From a bacterium (GTDB taxonomy: Bacteria; SZUA-182; DTGQ01; JAFGSM01), in contig JBLIRO010000113.1 of the NCBI GenBank assembly GCA_049472335.1, positions 1 through 13,224 of the forward strand: a DNA stretch of 13,224 nt. Direction: 5' to 3'. Below, piece after piece: positions 7,406 to 13,224 of the stretch. The translations under genes were made by a program, and so were the position numbers. Within the stretch, counting starts at the first letter, position 1; each line of letters begins with the position of its first letter. The notes under the pieces were generated by a model, which ran no database searches, was not told where the DNA came from, and saw only the letters and a list, made by a program, of their open reading frames with translations.

Positions 7406-8953
7406 CTATTTAAGTATAGCTAAGGCATCCGGGATTATATCCAGGAGGTCTGTGGCAATGAGACCTTCTTCACCCTTTACCTTTGCGGCAAGATCACCCG
7501 CAAGGCCGTGTAAATATACGGCCAGAAGCATTGCCTCCTGCCGGGGATATCCCTGAGCCAAAAATCCCGCAACCATGCCGGTAAGGACATCACCCATACC
7601 ACCCGAAGCCATACCCGGATTTCCGGTTGAATTGAGAAAAAGATCCCCTTCAGGATTAGCCATAATGGTTTGGTACCCTTTCAATACCAGATAACATTTC
7701 CCTCTCACTGCCTCTTTTTTTACTATCTCCGGTCTTCCTTCAAGGACGTCATGAACTGAACAGTCTGTCAGGCGGGCCATTTCACCCGGATGTGGGGTTA
7801 GAACCGGACAGTGTCCGGATTCATTTATCAAATAAAGCTCTCCAGCGATCAGATTTATTGCATCGGCATCGACGACCAAAGGCAGATCCGCCTCTTTTAT
7901 GATTTTACGGACAAACTCCCCTGTCTCAGGATGCTGGGAAAGGCCCGGCCCAATGGCAACAGCATCCACACGGGACAGGAATTCCTCTATTTTGGGCCAG
8001 GCATTAATAGAGATTGTCCTTTCCGCCGTCTCCTGCAGGGGGAGGGTCATTGCCTCCGTCAGCTTGACTTCCATGAGATCGTTTAAACTCTTTGGCAGTG
8101 CCAGTGTTACAAGACCCGCGCCCATTCTTAATGCCGCCTGGGCTGTCATATAAGCCGCTCCAGTCTTTCCTTCCGAGCCTGCAATTATAAGACAATGCCC
8201 ATAATCCCCCTTGTGGGTATCGGGTGATCTTTTATGCATAAGGGGCGCCAAAAAGGCCCTGTCCAATGTAATCATTTCATATTCAGCCTCATCGACAATA
8301 AACCGGGGTATCCCTATATCCACCAATCTAAGCTCACCGACATAATCCATGGCGGGAGGAAGGAGATGAGAGACCTTTGGCAAAGCGAAAGTAACTGTAA
8401 TGTCAGCCTTTATATAAGGACCGTCAAGTTTTGGTGAATCCGAACTAAGGCCCGAGGGTATATCCACAGCTATAACCTTTTTGTTAAGCCCATTTATGAA
8501 TTGAATCACATCCGCCAAAAAACCCTTCACCGGTGGTCTCAGTCCTGTTCCGAAAATGGCATCCACAAAGATGTCGCAACCTTTCAGGATCTCTGAATAG
8601 GAAGTCAAAATATCCTGATCAGTGATTACATAGATCCTGCCTCCCATATTGATTAAAATATCCAGGTTGACCTTGGCGTCCCCGCACACCTTTTTGATAT
8701 CCGCGAAAAGAAATACCTCTGGCTTAAATCCCCTGTTTATGAGATGTCTGGCCACCACAAAACCATCGCCCCCATTATTCCCGGCCCCGCAACAGATTCC
8801 AATCTTTTTTGAACCAAGGGAATCCCAAAAGCTAAACATATTTTCCACAACGCCCCTGCCCGCATTCTCCATGAGTATTACCCCCGGTATCCCTAGTCCC
8901 TTGATGGCCTTTTGATCCAGGGACCTCATCTGTTCACTGTTTACGACCTTCAT
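7406..8953 (-). CDS. nnr: Bifunctional NAD(P)H-hydrate epimerase / ADP-dependent dehydratase (YjeF/Nnr)
   Basis: LMENAG, GAGNNGGDG, VDAIFGTG, AVDIPSG (YjeF_N); HKGDYG, GAGLVT, AIGPGL, VVDADA, LTPHPGEM, LKG, NPGMASGGMGDVLTG (dehydratase domain). Confidence 0.97.
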   Translation of the reverse strand: MKVVNSEQMRSLDQKAIKGLGIPGVILMENAGRGVVENMFSFWDSLGSKKIGICCGAGNNGGDGFVVARHLINRGFKPEVFLFADIKKVCGDAKVNLDILINMGGRIYVITDQDILTSYSEILKGCDIFVDAIFGTGLRPPVKGFLADVIQFINGLNKKVIAVDIPSGLSSDSPKLDGPYIKADITVTFALPKVSHLLPPAMDYVGELRLVDIGIPRFIVDEAEYEMITLDRAFLAPLMHKRSPDTHKGDYGHCLIIAGSEGKTGAAYMTAQAALRMGAGLVTLALPKSLNDLMEVKLTEAMTLPLQETAERTISINAWPKIEEFLSRVDAVAIGPGLSQHPETGEFVRKIIKEADLPLVVDADAINLIAGELYLINESGHCPVLTPHPGEMARLTDCSVHDVLEGRPEIVKKEAVRGKCYLVLKGYQTIMANPEGDLFLNSTGNPGMASGGMGDVLTGMVAGFLAQGYPRQEAMLLAVYLHGLAGDLAAKVKGEEGLIATDLLDIIPDALAILK

Positions 8954-9428
8954 CCTTTTCTTCCTTTCTTTCCCAAAAGGCTGTTATCAGCTTTCTCATC
9001 TCCTCAATATGGGTTCCTGACCAAAAAATCTTTGAACATTGAGGACAGGTTTTAAATTCCTCCACTGTTTGAAAAACATAAGCAGGCACACTTGACTGTG
9101 CCTCTTCCCTGGATAAAGGGATAAGCAACAGATTACACTCCAGGCAACGACTCAGGAATATATTGGAATCAAACTTCAAGTCCAGGGAATCTACAACCTC
9201 GCTAACCTGATCCCTGAAATTGTCAAAATGAATAAACAGAGACCTCTCAGGACCTATCTTTTTATAAATCTTTGAGTTACGTGTAAGGATAATGCGATTC
9301 TCTCTATAGGCCCGGACAATAAAAAGGCTGTCAATGCCCTTTCTGGTATAAATCGTATCATACCCAAGTGTCCTCAGCCAGCGAGCCAAGCGCCCCAGCA
9401 TAACATCCGCCAAAAATCTATTTTCCAT
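8934..9428 (-). CDS. Mut7-C RNase domain protein (PIN-like fold with Zn ribbon)
   Basis: FLADVMLGRLARWLRTLGYDT, ENRIILTR, SRCLECN, F..CPQCSKIFWSGTH. Overlaps the nnr start by 20 bp, suggesting an operon. Confidence 0.92.
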   Translation of the reverse strand: MENRFLADVMLGRLARWLRTLGYDTIYTRKGIDSLFIVRAYRENRIILTRNSKIYKKIGPERSLFIHFDNFRDQVSEVVDSLDLKFDSNIFLSRCLECNLLLIPLSREEAQSSVPAYVFQTVEEFKTCPQCSKIFWSGTHIEEMRKLITAFWERKEEKDEGRKQ

Positions 9429-9522
9429 AAGATGCTATATCCCTGAAAAAGGAAAACCTTTATCAAATGGGTGGATGGTTATGAAATATCTCAAACACAC
9501 TAATTATAATAGTTAAAAGTAT

Positions 9523-9551
9523 AGCTTAATTTTTGAATATATCAATGTCAA
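9523..9551 (-). promoter_or_regulatory. Candidate sigma70 promoter for the Mut7-C/nnr operon
   Basis: Minus strand TTGACA (9551-9546), 17 nt, TAAGCT (9528-9523). An overlapping alternative TTGATA-16-TATACT also exists. Lies downstream of the terminator at 9633-9667. Confidence 0.5.
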
Positions 9552-9632
9552 CCCTGTTCTTTACACCCTGTTTATTTATTTTAAACCCTAAAGATGAAAA
9601 ATCTTTCCGGCTGAAGATCGGAGGTACATATA

Positions 9633-9667
9633 AAAAAGGCGCGGGCTATCAAAACCCGCGCCTTTTT
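9633..9667 (-). terminator. Intrinsic (potentially bidirectional) terminator of the Gly/Tyr-rich gene
   Basis: AAAAAGGCGCGGG-ctatcaaaa-CCCGCGCCTTTTT: 8-bp GC stem flanked by A and T tracts, 30 nt after the stop at 9697. Confidence 0.9.
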
Positions 9668-9696
9668 CGATTTTTCAATCCTTATTTAACAATCCC

Positions 9697-10404
9697 TCAT
9701 GTTACGGGAAATGTACCAACTGGTGTCGGAAAAGTAACAAACTGAGTTGAGGGAGTGGTAACGTTAACAATTGGTGCGGCAGTTGGTTGAGGATTGAACA
9801 GATTCGGGAAAAGGCTGTTATATAAACTGGCTATACCCAGCATAGGTGCAATCTGCATAAACGGCACCTGATATGTCAAACCACCGGTAGTTTGAACCGG
9901 ATAGTAAAGGTTTTGAGCGCCAAAGGGGCTATACATACTGCTGAGGCCGCCATACATGCCACCCATCAGGCCGCCATACATGCCACCCATCAGGCCGCCA
10001 TACATGCCACCCATCAGGCCGCCATACAGGCCACCCATCAGGCCGCCATACAGGCCACCCATCAGGCCGCCATACAGGCCTAAGCCACCGTAAAGACCGC
10101 CGCCATACAGGCCGCCGCCATACAGGCCGCCGCCATACAGGCCGCCGCCATACAGGCCGCCGCCATACAGGCCGCCGTAAATACCGGAAGTATAGCCAAT
10201 ACCAGTACCAAGGCTGCCAAAGCTGCTATAAGAACCCGGATAATATGGACTAGCATAACCGGCATAGCCATAACCGCTTGTATATGGAGAATATCCACTA
10301 TATCCATAATATGCATCAACTTTGGATACCGGTATTAAGGTAAGACCAATAACCAAAAACAAAACCAAACACACACCTAATAAATTCATTATCCTACTAT
10401 TCAT
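9697..10404 (-). CDS. Secreted Gly/Tyr/Leu/Met-rich low-complexity repeat protein (235-aa precursor), putative structural protein
   Basis: SD AAGGAGG upstream of ATG 10404 (preferred over 10443). Signal peptide MNSRIMNLLGVCLVLFLVIGLTLIPVSKVDA|YY, repeats of GGGLY and GLMGG(L/M)YG, Pro/Thr-rich tail, own terminator. Confidence 0.85.
   Translation of the reverse strand: MNSRIMNLLGVCLVLFLVIGLTLIPVSKVDAYYGYSGYSPYTSGYGYAGYASPYYPGSYSSFGSLGTGIGYTSGIYGGLYGGGLYGGGLYGGGLYGGGLYGGGLYGGLGLYGGLMGGLYGGLMGGLYGGLMGGMYGGLMGGMYGGLMGGMYGGLSSMYSPFGAQNLYYPVQTTGGLTYQVPFMQIAPMLGIASLYNSLFPNLFNPQPTAAPIVNVTTPSTQFVTFPTPVGTFPVT
9944..10080. repeat. 24-bp tandem repeat, 5 full copies plus a 17-bp partial
   Basis: Unit AGGCCGCCATACA(T/G)GCCACCCATC starting at 9944, 9968, 9992 (T variant), 10016, 10040 (G variant), partial at 10064. 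Encodes GLMGG(M/L)YG. Confidence 0.97.
10097..10177. repeat. 15-bp tandem repeat, 5 perfect copies plus a partial
   Basis: CCGCCGCCATACAGG starting at 10097, 10112, 10127, 10142, 10157. Encodes LYGGG. Confidence 0.97.
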
Positions 10405-10475
10405 AATAATATTGCCTCCTTCATTAATGTTTTCTTTAACCAATAGGATAAAAAAAGATATTGACTTTTTAAACC

Positions 10476-10500
10476 TCTTTTCTGTATCTCACAGAAAAGA
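10476..10500. promoter_or_regulatory. Perfect 10-bp inverted repeat upstream of the Gly/Tyr-rich gene (5'UTR hairpin or operator)
   Basis: TCTTTTCTGT-atctc-ACAGAAAAGA, about 70 nt upstream of ATG 10404. Confidence 0.4.
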
Positions 10501-11143
10501 CAAACATATAAAAAAATGTCATGCTTACATAGCAAATACCTTTTGACTCAAAAACCTATGATCTTCAAGTCAAAATTCCATAATCACCCCCTTTTTCTCT
10601 GACGAATATGGGATTGATTCGCATACCTATAATAATAAACCTCTTTTATAGCAGCAAAACCAATTTACAGAACGTCAGATTTAGTATAACTGATAATTCT
10701 GAATTTGCCTCATACTATTTATATAAATTTATGTCATTAAATAGACGATAATAAAAATAATCTTTTACGCTTTAAAAGATTTAAATTTATAAATTAACAT
10801 TATTAATATAATAAGACAAATTATTTAACAAATAATTTTCAAGTAGTTCTTGATCTTGTTAAAGGAGAAAAAAGACAGTATAACATTATTATTTAAAACT
10901 GAGAAAAAAGAAATGAATTTATATTCAGAAAAAATTAGGCAATAAGCTCTTAAAATTGCAAAGTAAAAAATAAATCATTTTTTTAGAATAAATTTAATTA
11001 TATTATAACTGCGAAAAATTATTAAAAAAAGTTTGATGTTTATTGATTTAAACAAATATAATCTTATAAATATCCAAATTGACTTTTATAAGCAACCTGA
11101 TATACTTTTACTTCGTGAATACTATTTGCTATATAAATATTGA

Positions 11144-11407
11144 TCAGCTCAATGATGCAATCTTTCTGGATAAACTCGATTTTTTTCTGGCAGCATTGTT
11201 TTTATGTATAAGACCTTTGGCAGCCATTTTATCTATCAGCGATGTTGAGATGCTATATGCTTGCCTGGCTTTTTCAGTATTTTTTTCCTCTATTGCCAAA
11301 AGCACTTTTTTGATATTTGACTTCAACATCCCCTTTCTTTTACGATTTACTATTGTGCGGCGTTTATCTTGCCGTACACTCTTTTTTGCTGACTCATGTT
11401 GAGGCAT
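11144..11407 (-). CDS. rpsT: 30S ribosomal protein S20
   Basis: 87 aa; SAKKSVRQD..R...N and IDKMAAKGLIHKNNAARKKS signature; SD AGGAG; divergent from murJ, a known arrangement. Confidence 0.98.
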   Translation of the reverse strand: MPQHESAKKSVRQDKRRTIVNRKRKGMLKSNIKKVLLAIEEKNTEKARQAYSISTSLIDKMAAKGLIHKNNAARKKSSLSRKIASLS

Positions 11408-11465
11408 TATTAACTCCTGTAAATATTTTTTATGGTTATTTTCTATTATGCTAATATAACTATTA

Positions 11466-11495
11466 AATTTAACAAAAAGCCCTATTAAATGTCAA
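11466..11495 (-). promoter_or_regulatory. Candidate sigma70 promoter of rpsT
   Basis: Minus strand TTGACA (11495-11490), 18 nt, TAAATT (11471-11466) preceded by TGn (extended -10). The -35 overlaps the putative murJ ATG. Confidence 0.5.
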
Positions 11496-13224
11496 GTACA
11501 TCTTTTAATATTTCAGAAGATATCCCTAAAAGCCACAGGCAAAAAAAACTGCTCAAATCCGCCGGAATAATAAGCATGGCCACCATGATAAGCCGTATAC
11601 TTGGTTATATCAGGGATATGATCCTGGCGCAAATCTTTGGTGCGGAAATGGTTGCAGATGCATTTTTTGTTGCATTTAAGATTCCTAATCTGCTTAGACG
11701 TCTTCTCGGCGAAGGCTCACTGAGCGCATCATTCATTCCTGTTTTTACTGAATATATTGAAAAAAGACAGAAGGAAGAAGCCTGGGATCTGGCAAGCAAT
11801 ATTCTCTGCATTACAGTAACAGTCACCATCATCTTAACAATTCTGGCGATTCTCTTTGCCCCGCTCATTATCCTTATATTGGCTCCCGGATTCTATGCGG
11901 ACAAGGTAAAATTTGACTTAACAGTCCTACTCACAAGAATTCTCTTTCCATATATCATATTAATAAGTACAGTAGCTATTTCAATGGGCATTTTAAATTC
12001 ATTGAGGCACTTCGCCATCCCTGCATTAACCCCGGCCGCATTAAATATCGGGATCATTTTGGGCGCCGTATGGCTTGCCCCTAAAATGAAACAGCCTATC
12101 ATCGGAGTTACTCTTGGCGTCCTTATCGGAGGATTGCTGCAATTATTGATGCAAGCCCCCATTCTTATTAAAAAGGGGGTGAACCTTTTCATAAATTTCA
12201 GCCTCAAGAATAAAGGAACAAAGAGGATAGGTGTACTCATGCTTCCGGCAGCACTGGGGCTTGGCGTAACACAGATAAATATCATGGTGGATACACTCCT
12301 TGCCTCCTTTTTACCCGAGGGAAGCATCTCCTATCTTTATTACAGTAACCGCCTTCTTCAATTACCTCTGGCCCTTTTTGGCATTGCGCTCGGGACAGCC
12401 CTCTTTCCAACTTTCTCCTCTCTCGCGTCTCAGGGAAAGACCGAAGAATTAATGTCCACTTTTTCATTTGGGATGAGAACCGTTCTATTCATCATTGTGC
12501 CTGCAAGTATAGGTTTGATTGTCTTCAGGGTGCCAATTATAAACCTGCTGTTTCAGAGAGGTGAATTCACACAAGCCGCAACCATTGCAACCGCGCAAGC
12601 ACTTTTTGCCTATTCTGTAGGACTCTTTGCCTTCGCCGGACTTAAAGTTACAATTCCCGTTTTTTACGCGCACCAGGATACGGTGACTCCTGTAAAAATA
12701 GGTATTATAGCGATGCTTAGCAATATCTGTCTCAATCTAATTCTCATGTTCCCCCTTAAACATGCCGGGCTGGCACTTGCAACCTCATTATCTTCTTTGA
12801 TAAACCTTGTTTTTCTTATTAAAATCATGAAAAATAGGTGGGGAATGATTGACGGGAAACGTATTATCAAAAGCTCCATTAAAATATCACTCAACAGTCT
12901 GTTTATGGGTCTAATATGTTATTGGTTTATATCTTATAAATTCAGGATATATTTAGTTCCGGGGCAGGTCCTGATCAAGATATTTTATCTCTTCTCAGGG
13001 ATTGTAATAGGTGTAATTGTTTATTTAATTATAAATTATTTAACTAAATCAGAGGAACTGGATTTTTTCGGTACCCATTTCCTCAAAAGAAAATCTATCA
13101 AATTATCCCCCAGAATTGCACTTGTGTCCACGGTCGCCTCTCCCTTGATACGCTTACACGGATTGCAGGAAGGGAATAGATACCCTATGGACACGGGTGA
13201 TGTATCCCAATTTCGACAAAATCG
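11489..13224 (+). CDS. murJ: Lipid II flippase MurJ (MviN); frame stays open past the window end
   Basis: Manual translation from ATG 11489: LLKSAGIISMATMISRILGYIRD...ADAFFVAFKIPNLLRRLLGEGSLSASFIPVF...QINIMVDTLLASFLPEGSISYLYYSNRLLQLPLALFG...LFQRGEF...FYAHQDTVTPVK...LKHAGLALATS. No in-frame stop up to 13224. MurJ-like sequence ends near 13100 (SEELDFFGTHFLKRK). Confidence 0.96.
   Translation, partial: MSSTSFNISEDIPKSHRQKKLLKSAGIISMATMISRILGYIRDMILAQIFGAEMVADAFFVAFKIPNLLRRLLGEGSLSASFIPVFTEYIEKRQKEEAWDLASNILCITVTVTIILTILAILFAPLIILILAPGFYADKVKFDLTVLLTRILFPYIILISTVAISMGILNSLRHFAIPALTPAALNIGIILGAVWLAPKMKQPIIGVTLGVLIGGLLQLLMQAPILIKKGVNLFINFSLKNKGTKRIGVLMLPAALGLGVTQINIMVDTLLASFLPEGSISYLYYSNRLLQLPLALFGIALGTALFPTFSSLASQGKTEELMSTFSFGMRTVLFIIVPASIGLIVFRVPIINLLFQRGEFTQAATIATAQALFAYSVGLFAFAGLKVTIPVFYAHQDTVTPVKIGIIAMLSNICLNLILMFPLKHAGLALATSLSSLINLVFLIKIMKNRWGMIDGKRIIKSSIKISLNSLFMGLICYWFISYKFRIYLVPGQVLIKIFYLFSGIVIGVIVYLIINYLTKSEELDFFGTHFLKRKSIKLSPRIALVSTVASPLIRLHGLQEGNRYPMDTGDVSQFRQN
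13104..13224 (+). repeat. Palindromic (MITE/REP-like) element at the murJ 3' end, possibly extending beyond the window
   Basis: CACTTGTGTCCA (13119-13130) pairs with TGGACACGGGTG (13188-13199; 10 Watson-Crick + 2 G-U); inner TCCCTT (13141-13146) pairs with AAGGGA (13170-13175). Abrupt rise in GC relative to the preceding AT-rich murJ tail. Confidence 0.45.

Noticed and set aside
110..8915. Remaining short ORFs nested in or antisense to hcp, the amylase, the 4998 gene and nnr
   Set aside because: They overlap well-supported genes and show no motifs or translation signals.
9533..9545. TTGAATATATCAA as an FNR/Crp-type box
   Set aside because: One base shorter than TTGAT-N4-ATCAA and in AT-rich sequence; cannot be supported.
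9944..10177. Tandem arrays as a CRISPR array
   Set aside because: Units are contiguous with no unique spacers, are multiples of 3, lie inside a coding frame, and no cas genes are present.
9892..10319. Alternative-frame repeat ORFs (AAIHATHQ)n at 9892..10083 and (MAAAC)n at 10080..10319, the latter superficially like a Cys-rich RiPP precursor
   Set aside because: They are shadows of the same DNA repeats. Only the Gly/Tyr frame has an SD, signal peptide and terminator, and there are no modification enzymes nearby.
11605..12894. Five minus-strand ORFs in the ORF track
   Set aside because: Antisense shadows of murJ, which occupies the + strand from 11489 to the window end.

Overview
AT-rich bacterial chromosomal window, probably from an anaerobe. 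Housekeeping genes sit at both ends: the 3' part of hcp (hybrid-cluster protein) on the left, and fdhD, nnr (YjeF), a Mut7-C/PIN RNase-domain gene, rpsT and the divergent murJ on the right. murJ is missing from the ORF track because it has no stop before the window end. Between hcp and fdhD (about 1221-6540) is a patchwork accessory segment: a CxxC/CxxC membrane-anchored hypothetical, a lipoprotein GH13 alpha-amylase with two starch-binding-type modules, and a secreted multi-domain protein. Short decayed gene relics are scattered among them (IS21 IstA-like, tautomerase N-terminus, SAM-methyltransferase motif I, and a start-stop ORF behind a near-consensus promoter). The most unusual items are: a stand-alone secreted Gly/Tyr/Leu/Met repeat protein whose ~204-aa mature part has no charged residue and is built on two perfect tandem DNA arrays; a palindromic element that appears to have replaced the murJ stop codon; and an FdhD lacking the usual persulfide-carrying cysteine. 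All family assignments are from motif recognition by eye; no database searches were run.
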